This document shows, one piece after another, positions 46,095 through 56,227 of a stretch of DNA of 64,000 nucleotides. The stretch is taken from positions 98,237 through 162,236 of the forward strand of contig CAWEDP010000003.1 of NCBI GenBank assembly GCA_963807925.1, read 5' to 3'. Numbering within the stretch: position 1 is the stretch's first letter; every line of letters begins with the position of its first letter. A program made the translations under genes and the position numbers. The stretch comes from an uncultured Acidobacteriota bacterium. GTDB lineage: Bacteria; Acidobacteriota; Vicinamibacteria; Vicinamibacterales; CAVVIG01. Below the pieces are notes generated by a model. That model did no database searches. It was not told the DNA's origin and was given only the letters and a program-made list of their open reading frames with translations.

Positions 46095-46907
46095 TCACAG
46101 AGCCGGAAGGCCTTCCCCGATCCGCTCGAGCATCGAGCCGTTGGTCGTCAGCGGCGAGCGTCGAAAGTACTCGGTGCCGAGCCAGCGCTCGGCGTCGGCT
46201 TCGCCGATCCACGCGAACGGGTTGGTCGGTCCGATCTGCGTCCGGTGGCAGCGCAGCGCCGCCAGCTTGGTTTGAACCCAGTCCCGAACGTCGACGCTCA
46301 CCGTTGCCGGCTGGGCGGCGAGCCCGAAGGCCTCCGGAACGATTCCCCACACCCGCGACCCGGCGGGAATACGGCCGCTGGCAACCGCCGTCTGCACGAC
46401 GTCCCGCATCATGCCGTGCGGGATCGTGACGTAGTACAGCGGCGGGGCGGCCGCCCCCAGCGACTGAACGGCATCGGACGTGCGCTCGTGAACGCCGATG
46501 TGATCGAGATGCCAGTACAGCCCGTCCGCGTCGAAGGTGATGACCAGGTCGGGCGCGTACCGTTCGATGGCGCCCACGATGTCCGCGAAGAGCTCGGGAA
46601 CGTGGTTCCACCGCAGATCGCCGTCCGGGTGGTTGAGGACGATCACCTCGGCGAGGCCCAGGACGCGGGCGGCCTCCCGAACCTCGCGCGTTCGCACGGT
46701 CGGCAGATCGCTGCCCAAAAGCAGCGCGTCGTCCGACGTGGACCCGCGTTCCCCGCGCGACGCGCACAGGAGAATCACCCGGGCGCCGAGATCGGCCAGA
46801 CGCGCCAGCGTCCCGCCGCACGCCAGCGATTCATCGTCCGGGTGGGCGAACACGGCGAGGACGGTGGAACCGGCGAAACCGGCGGCCGCCTCAGGCGCGG
46901 GATCCAC
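46095..46907 (-). CDS. PIG-L/LmbE family deacetylase (MshB-like)
   Basis: FAHPDDESL, ASRGERG, GLYWHLDH, CHRTQ. Confidence 0.88.
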   Translation of the reverse strand: MDPAPEAAAGFAGSTVLAVFAHPDDESLACGGTLARLADLGARVILLCASRGERGSTSDDALLLGSDLPTVRTREVREAARVLGLAEVIVLNHPDGDLRWNHVPELFADIVGAIERYAPDLVITFDADGLYWHLDHIGVHERTSDAVQSLGAAAPPLYYVTIPHGMMRDVVQTAVASGRIPAGSRVWGIVPEAFGLAAQPATVSVDVRDWVQTKLAALRCHRTQIGPTNPFAWIGEADAERWLGTEYFRRSPLTTNGSMLERIGEGLPAL

Positions 46908-47934
46908 GGTGCGTCTCCACGACGCGGTGATACACGGCGATGTACTCGTCCGCCATCCGGTCGACGCCGAACCTGGCGACGGCGCGCTGCCGCACGAGCC
47001 GCCGATCCAGTGAGATGACCTGGCGCACGCCGCGCGTCATCTCGTCGAGATCCCTGAACACGCCGCCGGTCACGCCGTCGTCGACGACCTCGCGCACGGC
47101 GCCGCGATCGAGCGCGGCGACCGGCGTGCCGCACGCCATCGCCTCGGCCAGCACCAGACCGAACGGCTCGGACGCCTGAACAGGATACAGCAGCGCCCGT
47201 GCGCCGCCGTACAGCTTCACCTTCATGGCGTGATCGGCCTCTCCGCAGTACACGATCCAGGTGCCGTCGACGAGCGGCGCCACCCGATCCCGATAGTACG
47301 CGTCTTCGGCCCCGGCGAGGAGCAACCGCATTCCCGCCCGCTTCGCCACGTCGATCGCCTGCAGCACGCCCTTGCCTTCGGTGAAGCGGCCGAGAAAGAG
47401 CAGGTAGTCGTCGGGCGTTTCGTGAAACGCGAACGATTGCGTGTCGATGCCGTGGAGCACCGTTCCGACGACGTTGAGGCCCGCCAGCAGGCGCGCCTGT
47501 TCCATCGAGATCGCGACGAACGGCGCCTCCGGGTATCGCGACCAGAGCCGCACTTCCGCCCCGGTCGGCGAATGATGCAGCGTCTGGACGATCGGCGTCG
47601 CCGCCAGGCGCGTGAACGCGAGCGACATCGGGTAGTACATCGCCTCGTAGTGGATGACGTCGAACTGCCCGGCGCGCTCGACGGCGGCCGCCAGGTTGAA
47701 CATCTCGTAGAGCTCCCACGGCCACATCGCCGGATCGCACCAGTAACCGCGCTCGAAGGTCGCGTGCAGCCGCGCCGCGGTCCTCGACTGGGCGGTCGCG
47801 AAGAGGGTGACGTCCTGCCCCTTGCGGACGAGCGCTTCGGTGAGCAGCGACGTCATCAGCTCGACCGAACTCGATTTCGGCGGGGGAATCGACGAGGCGA
47901 CCGGCGCGACGTGGGCGATGCGGAGGCGGAGCAT
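46891..47934 (-). CDS. GT4 family glycosyltransferase
   Basis: HVAPVASSIPP, LFLGRF, EPFGLVLAEAMACGTPV. Confidence 0.92.
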   Translation of the reverse strand: MLRLRIAHVAPVASSIPPPKSSSVELMTSLLTEALVRKGQDVTLFATAQSRTAARLHATFERGYWCDPAMWPWELYEMFNLAAAVERAGQFDVIHYEAMYYPMSLAFTRLAATPIVQTLHHSPTGAEVRLWSRYPEAPFVAISMEQARLLAGLNVVGTVLHGIDTQSFAFHETPDDYLLFLGRFTEGKGVLQAIDVAKRAGMRLLLAGAEDAYYRDRVAPLVDGTWIVYCGEADHAMKVKLYGGARALLYPVQASEPFGLVLAEAMACGTPVAALDRGAVREVVDDGVTGGVFRDLDEMTRGVRQVISLDRRLVRQRAVARFGVDRMADEYIAVYHRVVETHRGSRA

Positions 47935-47944
47935 GCGCGTCAGG

Positions 47945-49063
47945 TCACGAGCAGGCGACGTCGAGGAAGCGCTGCAGCACGCGGCGCGCGTCGAAGTGTT
48001 CGCGCGCGATCTCCGCTGCCGCGCGGGCGTGGCGGGGGTAATCGGCATTGATGCGATCGACGCCGTCGATGGCCTGGTCGGCCGTCGCGAAGGCGAGCAG
48101 GCCGTCGCCGTGCGGCAGATGCGCGGTCCACCCGGTGTCCTGGACCAGCGCCGGGCGTCCCGACGCGAGATAGCACTCGGTCCGATCGCTGAACCAGCCC
48201 GAGTGCGAGGCGACGTAGGTGTGTTTCGCCACCCCGAACTCGGCCCGCGAATGGTGGATGAAGTCGCGGTACTCGCCCGGCGTGCGCGAGACGCGCATCG
48301 CGTCGAAGGTGTGCCAGCCGTGCTCGCGCAGCAGCCGCTGGGGACCGTTGACCGCCAGCTCGAACCGCTGCGGCGTGCGGGCGGGCAGATCGATGAACTT
48401 GACGAACTCCACGTCCTTGTTGCCGCCGACGTCGGTGAAGCTCTCGATCTGCCACGTCATCACGGTCGAGAAGGCCGGGCCCGGCGCCGCTGGCGCCGTC
48501 CAGTCGTCGAGGGTCACCGGCTGCCACGTGTGGTGCCACGTGAAATCGCCCGTCGGCACCGCCGAGGCCGGGGTGCCGATGTTCGCGCCGAAGGTGAAGA
48601 GGCGGTCGAAGCGCCGGAAGAACGCCACGTACCACGGTTCGGCCTTGGCGATGGCGAGCTGGGTGAAGGCGGGGTCGGAGTCGACGAAGACCTTTCGCGG
48701 GATGCGGACGTACTCGTCGCGCCAGAACCACGAGCCGCCCGAGAGGTTGATGAACAGGTCGGCGTCCGCGGCGTAGCGCCGGATCTCGGCGGCATCCCGC
48801 CCGTGGTACGTGCCGTCGTAGTTCACGAACGTCCACCGATCCCCGAGGCCGAACGGCTCGAGGGCGGCGTGGATGTAAGAGGTGCCGTAGGACGGATCGA
48901 CGTTCCGCGTGTTCTGCACCGGGTCGTAGACGCACTCGCCGGTGTCCTCGACGTAGAACACCTCGTGGCCGAGCGCGCGCAACCCGAGCAGGTACATCAA
49001 CGAACACCACGTGACGCCGCCGAACGGATATCGCGCCATGATACCCGCGAACAGGACGCGCAT
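47945..49063 (-). CDS. GT-B fold glycosyltransferase-like protein (uncharacterised family)
   Basis: GLRALGHEVFYVED, GWFSDRTECYLASGRPALVQDTG, EIAREHFD. Confidence 0.7.
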   Translation of the reverse strand: MRVLFAGIMARYPFGGVTWCSLMYLLGLRALGHEVFYVEDTGECVYDPVQNTRNVDPSYGTSYIHAALEPFGLGDRWTFVNYDGTYHGRDAAEIRRYAADADLFINLSGGSWFWRDEYVRIPRKVFVDSDPAFTQLAIAKAEPWYVAFFRRFDRLFTFGANIGTPASAVPTGDFTWHHTWQPVTLDDWTAPAAPGPAFSTVMTWQIESFTDVGGNKDVEFVKFIDLPARTPQRFELAVNGPQRLLREHGWHTFDAMRVSRTPGEYRDFIHHSRAEFGVAKHTYVASHSGWFSDRTECYLASGRPALVQDTGWTAHLPHGDGLLAFATADQAIDGVDRINADYPRHARAAAEIAREHFDARRVLQRFLDVACS

Positions 49064-49065
49064 CG

Positions 49066-50925
49066 CTAGCGTTTCGCCGCTTCGATGAGCTCGTCCACCG
49101 TCTCGGGTTCGTCGAGCGATCGGCCGACCGAGAGCCGCGCGCACATCCGTCGATACAGCGTGCTGCTCCGGAGCAGTTCCTCGTGGCGCCCCTGCGCGGC
49201 GATCCGGCCGCCGTCGAGCACGAGAATCCGGTCGGCGTCGCGCACCGTCGACAGGCGATGGGCGATGACGATGGTCGTCCGCCCCGCGCGCAGACGGCGG
49301 AGCGCCGTGAAGACGATCTCCTCCGAGATGGCGTCGAGCGACGAGGTCGGTTCGTCGAGGATGAGGATCGGCGCGTTCTTGAGAATCGCGCGCGCGACGC
49401 TCAGCCGCTGGCGCTCGCCACCCGACAGGCCGCCGCCGGCTTCCGCGATCTCCGTCTGATAGCCCCTCGGGAGCCGCGACACGAACTCGTGGGCATGCGC
49501 CGCGCGTGCCGCCTGCTCGACCTCAGCGTCGGTGGCATCGAGGCGGCCGTAGCGCACGTTGTCGGAGATGGTCCCGGAGAAGAGCACCGGATCCTGCAGC
49601 ACGATGGCGATCTTCTCGCGCAGCTCGCGTAGAGGGAAGCGGCGCAGGTCGATCCCGTCGACGAGCACGCGTCCGGCGGTCGGATCGTAGAACCGCGGAA
49701 GGAGGCTGACGAGTGTGGTCTTGCCCGCGCCGGTGAGCCCCACGAGCGCCACCATCTCGCCGGGCCTCGCCACGAAGGTGATGTCCTGGAGCACGGCGGT
49801 GCCGTCGGGATAGCTGAAGGCCACATCCTCGAACCGGACGTCGCCGCGGATGGCGCCGGCGCCGACCGGTTCCGGCGGGTCGAGCGTTTCGGGCGTCATG
49901 GCGAACATGGCCCGGACGCGGCGCGCGCCCGCCACGGCCCCCTGGAGCTGGCCCGTCGTGTGGGCGATCGCGGCGAGCGGACCGTACACCGCGCCCAGAT
50001 AGCTGATGACGACCATCAGCCGGCCGACCGTCAGCTCGCCGCGGATCACGTGCAGGCCGCCGACGATCAGGACGAGCGCCGTGCCGAGGATCGTGATCAC
50101 GGTGACGATGACCGAGAAGAGCGACTGCTGCCACGTCAGCGCGATCCGGCTCTGCATCGTCGAGGTGCCCGCTGTCGCGTACCGCGCGCTCTCGTACGGC
50201 TCGCGCGCGAAGCTCTTCACCAGTCGGACCGCCGAGAAGATCTCGTACAGGTGGCTGATGAGCCGCGATTCCTGTTCCTTGACGTCTTCCTCGCGGGTGA
50301 CGAGCGTGGTGGCATAGTACCGGAGGCACACGTACAGGAACGGCACCACGCAGAGCGACAGCAGCGCCACGGTCACGTCGTAGTACAGCAGCACGCCGAA
50401 CATCACGACCAGCGTCGTCACGGAGGTGGCGAGCGGAAAGAGGCCGCCGATGATCAGGTTCTCGATCGCGTACGAGTCGACGTCCACGCGGTACACTGCG
50501 TCGCCCGTGGTCGTGGTGACGTGGTGGTGCAGGCCGAGCGCCTGGATCTGCTCGAACAGACGCCGCCGGAGGTCGTACACCATCCGCTGACCGGTCTCGA
50601 CCTGCACCTGCGTCGCGTACGCCGAGACCACCTCCTTGGCGACCTGCAGCACGATCAGGACGACGACGAGCAGGATGAGCAGCACGAACGGATCCCCGCC
50701 GTCCAGCACCCGCACCCACGTCGCGTACGACGCGGGGATGGGATGCCGCTCGAGGACGTAGTCGATGATCACCGCCAGCGGCCACGGCTGCAGCGCGCCG
50801 AGGACGACCTGCGACAGGAGCAGGATCGAGAGCAGCCAGACGCGGCGGCGGTGCGGCCGCAGAAACGGCAGCATCCAGCGGAGCAGCGACGGTTCAGCGG
50901 CCGCGACGGTCGGCGCGGCGCTCAT
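49066..50925 (-). CDS. ABC exporter, fused permease/ATP-binding (MsbA-like)
   Basis: GLTGAGKT, LSGGERQR, ILILDEPT; N-terminal TMD; start MSAAPT overlaps the upstream stop. Confidence 0.93.
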   Translation of the reverse strand: MSAAPTVAAAEPSLLRWMLPFLRPHRRRVWLLSILLLSQVVLGALQPWPLAVIIDYVLERHPIPASYATWVRVLDGGDPFVLLILLVVVLIVLQVAKEVVSAYATQVQVETGQRMVYDLRRRLFEQIQALGLHHHVTTTTGDAVYRVDVDSYAIENLIIGGLFPLATSVTTLVVMFGVLLYYDVTVALLSLCVVPFLYVCLRYYATTLVTREEDVKEQESRLISHLYEIFSAVRLVKSFAREPYESARYATAGTSTMQSRIALTWQQSLFSVIVTVITILGTALVLIVGGLHVIRGELTVGRLMVVISYLGAVYGPLAAIAHTTGQLQGAVAGARRVRAMFAMTPETLDPPEPVGAGAIRGDVRFEDVAFSYPDGTAVLQDITFVARPGEMVALVGLTGAGKTTLVSLLPRFYDPTAGRVLVDGIDLRRFPLRELREKIAIVLQDPVLFSGTISDNVRYGRLDATDAEVEQAARAAHAHEFVSRLPRGYQTEIAEAGGGLSGGERQRLSVARAILKNAPILILDEPTSSLDAISEEIVFTALRRLRAGRTTIVIAHRLSTVRDADRILVLDGGRIAAQGRHEELLRSSTLYRRMCARLSVGRSLDEPETVDELIEAAKR

Positions 50926-53900
50926 GCGCCGCCTCGAGCCCGCGCGGGGGGCGCCCCGAACCGGCGCGGCACGAGCTGCGGCCGCAGCGTGGCCTTGGGG
51001 ATGTCCACGAAGATGATCCGGTTGTTGTTGGCGTCGGCGATGTACAGCCGGCTGCGGCCCGAATCGAACGCGACGCGCGAGGGGGCGCCGAGCACCAGGC
51101 GTCCTTCGTCGCTCAGATTCCTGATGATGCCGTCGCTGTCGACGACGCGGACGAGCGCGTTGTAGTAGTCGGCGATGAAGATCATCGCGACGTTGCCGCG
51201 CGCGTCCTCGCCGAGCGCGATGCCCGAGGGGCCCGCCAGCCCGGCCTGCGTCGCGGGGCCGTCGTCGCCCGTCGCGGTGAACGAGCCGTTCCCGGCCACC
51301 GTGGCGATGATGCCGGTCTTGCCGTCCACCCGACGTATGCGGTTGTGGTGCATGTCGGCGATGTAGATGTCGCCGTTTCGGGCGACCGCGACGTCGCTCG
51401 GCATGAACAGGTGCGCCCTGGTCGCGGGCCCGCCGTCGCCGGTGGCGTCCCCGCCGGTCTCGCCGTCGCCGGCGACCGTGCGAATGAAGCCGGTGGCGTG
51501 GTCGATCACGCGGATGCGGTTGTTCAGCGTGTCCGCGATGTAGATGTCGCCGTTGGGCGTCGCGAAGACGGCGTTGGGCGTGTTGAGCGCCGCCTGGATC
51601 GCGGGCTTCTCGTCGCCGTCGTACCCGTTCTCGCCGGATCCGGCGACCGTCGTGATGATCCGCGTCGGCCGGTCCACCCGCCGGATGCGGTCGTTGTGCG
51701 AGTCGGCCACGATGAGGTCGCCGTCGGGCGCGATCGTCACGCCGTCCGGCGTGTCGAGCTTCGCCTTGGTCGCCGCTCCGCCGTCGCCGGCAAATCCGGT
51801 GGTGCCGTCGCCGATCCAGCGCGTGACCACCAGCCGGCGGTCGAACAGGTCGATGACGTCGTCGTTCGAATCGGCGAAGAAGATGTCGCCGTTGGGGGCA
51901 ATCGCGATGCCGCCCGGCGTGTCCAGCCAGGCCGCGATCGTCGGCGCCCTGCCCGAACCGGTATTGGGTCCGATGACCAGCGCCACGCGCGCCGCCTCGC
52001 GCAGCATGAACGTGCTCGCCCCGACGCCCACGATCATGAACAGGAAGATGAACGCGCTGCGCAGCCCGTACCGGCGCACCAGCGACGGCGCGATCAGCGG
52101 GACGCGCGCCGGCCCTGATTGCATCGACACCATCTGCTGCGACCCGGCGACCCGATCGACGGCGCGCCGCGCGATCGCGGTGGTCTGCGCCGTCCTCCAG
52201 ATGCCGAACATCACGGCCGCCAGCGTCAACCCCGCCGCGGCGGCGCCGGCGCTCGGCGAACGGAGCGCCACGCCCGATACGGCCGCCCCCAGCAGCGCCA
52301 GCGCCATCCCGATGGCCACGACGATGCCGAAAGTGGTCGGGCGCAGGTGGGTGCTCACGCGCAGCAGCGTCCGGCCGGCGGTGTGCTCCTCGACGAGCGC
52401 ACGCAGATCGAGCCAGGCCCAGCGGCCGATCAGGACGCTGATGTCCCGATCGTTCGACCACCCTTCGTCGACCTCGACCGTGCGGACGGCGCGCGATTGC
52501 CGCAGCCAGTCGGTGAGTTGCGACAGCACGCGTGCGGTCGACGTCCACGTCTCGGACCAGTAGCGATCCTCGGTCACGGTCCCCGAGAGCAGCAGCAGCG
52601 CCCGCCGCGCCTCGGCCAGCGAGGGCCGCGGGCCGCGGCTGGTCTGCCGCTCGAGGGGGAACGCGATCTCGGGCGGCGACAGCATCCCCCGGATCTGCCC
52701 CCGCAGCCGCGCGAACGGCTGAAGGAAGTGCAGGTAGGCCACCAGCACGCGGTACCACAGATGGGAACCCGGCAACGACGCCACGTCGGACCTGAGCGCG
52801 TACGCCACGTTCTTGCCGAGCGTGAAGGCGATCCCGCTGAGGCCGGGCGCCAGCAGCAGGGCGGCGGCCCACCAGTGCTGCGTCACCCCGGCGACGACGC
52901 CGACGATCGTGGCGGCAAACGACAGCACCTGCCACTTGATGGAATGGGGCAGGAACGCGAAGGGATGCACGTCGGTGCGATACACCGACGGAAACGCCGC
53001 CGTGCCCCAGACGCCGGAGTTGATGCGCGTGCTCCAGAGCGAGCGCACAAACGGCAGCGGACTGTAGATGCGCCCGCGCCAGAGCATGCGGCCGTCCAGG
53101 AACTTCTCCGGATGGTGCGCCATCAGCCACGTTTCGCCTTCGCCGTAGCCGACCTGCTGACGCCAGTACGCCCTGATCGACGCCCGATGGTGGTGCCACA
53201 CCAGTGCCGACGCGGCAAAGCCGATCTTCCAGCCGCGCGCCTGCAGACGCCAGCACACGTCCACGTCGTCGCCTGCGCGAAGGTAGATCGCGTTGAACCC
53301 GCCGACCGCGACGAGCGCATCACGGCGGAACGCCATGTTGCAGCCCGGCACGTGCTCGGCGACGCGATCGTCGAGCAGCACGTGCGTCGGCCCCCCCGGC
53401 GCCCGCGCGATCGATTGCGCGACGGGCGGATCGTCCGGCGGCACGACGTTCGGGCCTCCGGATCCCACAACGTCTGACGTGAGGAACGGCTGGACCAGAT
53501 AGGTCAGCCAGTCCCGGTCCGTCCGCACGTCGGCGTCGGTGTACGCGACGATCTCCCCGGTCGCGGCCGCAAGGCCCACGTTGCGCGCCGCGCTGAGACC
53601 GCCGTTCGCCGTGTCGATCACGCGAACGCGGGGATGGCTGTGGGCGATTTCGCTCGTGCGATCGCGCGATCCGTCGTTGACGAGGATGATCTCGTAATCA
53701 GGATAGGTGAGCCGTTCGAGCGAGGTCAGGCAGTCCTCGAGCGTGTCGGCCGCGTTGTAGGCGCAGACCACCACCGACACGCGCGGCCAGGTCGCGCGGA
53801 CCTCGGCCGGGAAGGGCGACCGGCTGAATGCGGCGGACACGGCGTGCGCCGCCGGCTTGAGACGGCGCCGCCGGTCGACCAGACCGAACTTCCAGTCGTC

Positions 53901-54734
53901 CACGTCGCTTCCGCCACGCCACCATTCGTCGGTCCAGGCGAACGCGATGGCGCCGCACGCCCCTTCCTCGAAGGCCGCCCGCACGTGCATCGCCGTGATC
54001 TCGGCCTGTCCGTCCTCGCCCTCGCGCAACGAGTCGGCGCCCGCTTCGGCCAGCAGCAGCGGCTTGTACCCGGCGATGTGCTGCAGTCGCGCCAGATACG
54101 CGCGCAGGTTGGCCTCGCGGTGCAGGTAGACGTTGAACGCGTAGAGATCGAAAAACGAAAGGTCGAGGAACTCGGTCGGCGGGAAGTTGACGTAGGTGAA
54201 GAGCGTGTCGGGCGCCGCGCTCTTGGCGTCCTGGTAGAGGCCGCGGAGGAACCGTTCGATTCGCAGGCGGCCATGCCACCGAACGACCGCCGGCGGAATC
54301 TCGTTGCCGAGCGCCACGAGCGCCAGCGCCGGGTGCCCGCTGAGCTCGCGCACCTGCGCCACGGTTTCCCGGCGGATCGCCTGCTTCAGCCGCCGGTCGT
54401 CGAGGAATGCGACATGCTGGGACCATGGCAGCCCGACCATGACTCGAAGGCCGTTTCGAGCTGCCTCGTGAAGCAGATCGCGACGGGGCGGCGTGTAGGT
54501 GCGCACCGTGTTGATGCCGAGCTCGGCCATCAACGCGAAGTCGGCAGCTACCTGCTCGATCGGCGGGAACTGATAGCCGTCCTCATCGGGCGCGAATGTG
54601 CCATAGGTGACGCCTTTGATGAAGAAGCGATCGTCGCCGGCTCGCAGAAACTTCCCGTCGGCGGCGAGGCGTGCCGCCGGGAGAGACACGCGCTCCTCGC
54701 GGAGCGCCACGCGGGGCTCGAGAGCAGTGCTCAC
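50922..54734 (-). CDS. multidomain glycoside hydrolase (clan GH-A) + GT2 glycosyltransferase + TM region + six NHL repeats
   Basis: GNE and LAE putative catalytic Glu motifs; VCAYN, NDGS, TDAD, GDDVD, RQQVGYG; GDGG..L..P.G...D.YIAD..N.RIR repeats. Confidence 0.88.
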   Translation of the reverse strand: MSTALEPRVALREERVSLPAARLAADGKFLRAGDDRFFIKGVTYGTFAPDEDGYQFPPIEQVAADFALMAELGINTVRTYTPPRRDLLHEAARNGLRVMVGLPWSQHVAFLDDRRLKQAIRRETVAQVRELSGHPALALVALGNEIPPAVVRWHGRLRIERFLRGLYQDAKSAAPDTLFTYVNFPPTEFLDLSFFDLYAFNVYLHREANLRAYLARLQHIAGYKPLLLAEAGADSLREGEDGQAEITAMHVRAAFEEGACGAIAFAWTDEWWRGGSDVDDWKFGLVDRRRRLKPAAHAVSAAFSRSPFPAEVRATWPRVSVVVCAYNAADTLEDCLTSLERLTYPDYEIILVNDGSRDRTSEIAHSHPRVRVIDTANGGLSAARNVGLAAATGEIVAYTDADVRTDRDWLTYLVQPFLTSDVVGSGGPNVVPPDDPPVAQSIARAPGGPTHVLLDDRVAEHVPGCNMAFRRDALVAVGGFNAIYLRAGDDVDVCWRLQARGWKIGFAASALVWHHHRASIRAYWRQQVGYGEGETWLMAHHPEKFLDGRMLWRGRIYSPLPFVRSLWSTRINSGVWGTAAFPSVYRTDVHPFAFLPHSIKWQVLSFAATIVGVVAGVTQHWWAAALLLAPGLSGIAFTLGKNVAYALRSDVASLPGSHLWYRVLVAYLHFLQPFARLRGQIRGMLSPPEIAFPLERQTSRGPRPSLAEARRALLLLSGTVTEDRYWSETWTSTARVLSQLTDWLRQSRAVRTVEVDEGWSNDRDISVLIGRWAWLDLRALVEEHTAGRTLLRVSTHLRPTTFGIVVAIGMALALLGAAVSGVALRSPSAGAAAAGLTLAAVMFGIWRTAQTTAIARRAVDRVAGSQQMVSMQSGPARVPLIAPSLVRRYGLRSAFIFLFMIVGVGASTFMLREAARVALVIGPNTGSGRAPTIAAWLDTPGGIAIAPNGDIFFADSNDDVIDLFDRRLVVTRWIGDGTTGFAGDGGAATKAKLDTPDGVTIAPDGDLIVADSHNDRIRRVDRPTRIITTVAGSGENGYDGDEKPAIQAALNTPNAVFATPNGDIYIADTLNNRIRVIDHATGFIRTVAGDGETGGDATGDGGPATRAHLFMPSDVAVARNGDIYIADMHHNRIRRVDGKTGIIATVAGNGSFTATGDDGPATQAGLAGPSGIALGEDARGNVAMIFIADYYNALVRVVDSDGIIRNLSDEGRLVLGAPSRVAFDSGRSRLYIADANNNRIIFVDIPKATLRPQLVPRRFGAPPARARGGA
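51000..51935 (-). repeat. six NHL repeats (beta-propeller) inside the GH/GT2 gene
   Basis: e.g. LDTPDGVTIAPDGDLIVADSHNDRIRRVD, LNTPNAVFATPNGDIYIADTLNNRIRVID, LFMPSDVAVARNGDIYIADMHHNRIRRVD; ends approximate. Confidence 0.85.
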
Positions 54735-54869
54735 AGAACGAGATCGAACTTCAGGGTCATCGAGCGCGCCAAGCGCGCTAACCTATCATACTATCAGTAG
54801 TTTGCGCTCATCGCCGGTGTTCTGGCGGGCGGCCTCGCTCCGGCGGCTGGTGCGACTGCCACGGCCCGA

Positions 54870-55450
54870 ACCGACGAGCTGGTCGCGCGCGCGGCCGACT
54901 ACCTCGACACCTTCATCGAGCGGTTTTCGACCACGTCGCGCAGGAGCGGTTCGTCCGGGACAGCCGGGCGGCCGCCCCCACGCCCGGCTCGAAGGGCGGA
55001 GCGGCCGGTGTCCCCTTGGTGGCGGTCCATCGCGAACTGGTCAGCGATTTCTTGCCGGTGCAATTGTCCGGCCGCTCGGGCTGGCCAACCTTTCGTGATG
55101 TCTTCGAGGTCGACGAGCATCCTGTTTCTGGCCCCCTCCGGCGGGTCGCTCGAGCGCGCAGACGCCATCGAGCGTGAGAGCGTCAGGTACCGAGCAGGCG
55201 CGTCCGACGTGCTGCGCCGGGTGCCCGACGCGGACCTGCCCGCGCGCGGGCGCGTGTGGATCGACGAGACGGGCGGCCGCGTGCTCCAGACCGAGCTGGT
55301 GCTGAGCGACTCGGACATTGTCGTGACGTCTTTTCGCGTTGACGATCGGTTTCAGATCGCGGTGCCCGTCGAGTTGCGCGAGAGCTACTGGTTCGCGGGC
55401 CAGGATGTGACCGGCGTCGCCCGGTACGATGGCTTCCGGCGGTTCACGGG
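54870..55450 (+). pseudogene. degraded remnant of an exported hypothetical protein
   Basis: protein-like fragments in different frames: ELVARAADYLDTFIERFS, WPTFRDVFEVDEHPV, GRVWIDETGGRVLQTEL..VPVELRESY..ARYDGFRRF. Confidence 0.5.
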
Positions 55451-55537
55451 TGCAGACCGAAGAGCGCTTACGGCAGTAGCGCCGGTGTCCGAACCGGTGT
55501 CCTCCGGCGACGCCGACTCCGCCGGCACGACGCGCGG

Positions 55538-56227
55538 TCACGGCGACCCGGCCGGCAGGCGGAGGGTGCCCGTGTAGATCGCCATGCCCACGACCGCGTC
55601 GACGCCCGCCGCGTGGAGGTCGTCGATCTCTTCCTGCGTCGTGATCCCTCCGGCGGCGGTGACGCGCCTGGTGGTGGCGTGCCGGACGGCGAGGATCGCG
55701 TCCATGTTCGTCCCCCTCATCAGGCCTTCCGTGTCGACGTGCGTGTACAGAAACTCGCCGCAGAACGGCTCGAGGGCGCGCGCCGCCTCGACGGCGGTCA
55801 GCGGGAGGGGTGTCGTCCAGCCGTGAATCACGACCTGTCCGTCCCGACTGTCGACCGCCGCGATGACGCGGTCGGCGCCGATCGCGGCAGCCAGGTCTTC
55901 GGCGAAGGCGAGGTCGGGCCTGCCGTCCCTGAACAGCGCCGAACCGGCGATGATCGCGTTCGCGCCGGCCGCCAGCAGATCGCGCGCGCGGCCGACGCTG
56001 CGGACGCCGCCGCCGACACGGCACGACAAGCGGCCGGCAATCGCGCGGACAATCGGCAGGTTGTCGCCCGATCCCATGGCCGCATCGAGATCGATGACCT
56101 GCACCTTCTGGAACGAGGCGAACCGACGGACCCACCGATCCACGTCCTCGTCGCGGATGGCGAGCCGCTCGCCCTGAACGAGTTGAACCACCTCGCCGTT
56201 CTTGAGATCGATGGAGGGAATCAGCAT
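55538..56227 (-). CDS. hisA: ProFAR isomerase
   Basis: IPSIDL, IDLDAA, VGGGVRS, THVDTEG, AAGGI; his operon. Confidence 0.88.
   Translation of the reverse strand: MLIPSIDLKNGEVVQLVQGERLAIRDEDVDRWVRRFASFQKVQVIDLDAAMGSGDNLPIVRAIAGRLSCRVGGGVRSVGRARDLLAAGANAIIAGSALFRDGRPDLAFAEDLAAAIGADRVIAAVDSRDGQVVIHGWTTPLPLTAVEAARALEPFCGEFLYTHVDTEGLMRGTNMDAILAVRHATTRRVTAAGGITTQEEIDDLHAAGVDAVVGMAIYTGTLRLPAGSP

Noticed and set aside
51000..51935. Periodic similarity as a possible CRISPR or DNA repeat array
   Set aside because: Degenerate protein-level NHL repeats, no identical direct repeats with spacers, no cas genes
49066..53256. 1396-aa ORF read as a giant ABC protein
   Set aside because: The part upstream of 50925 is an alternative frame of the GH/GT2/NHL gene; the ABC protein starts at MSAAPT
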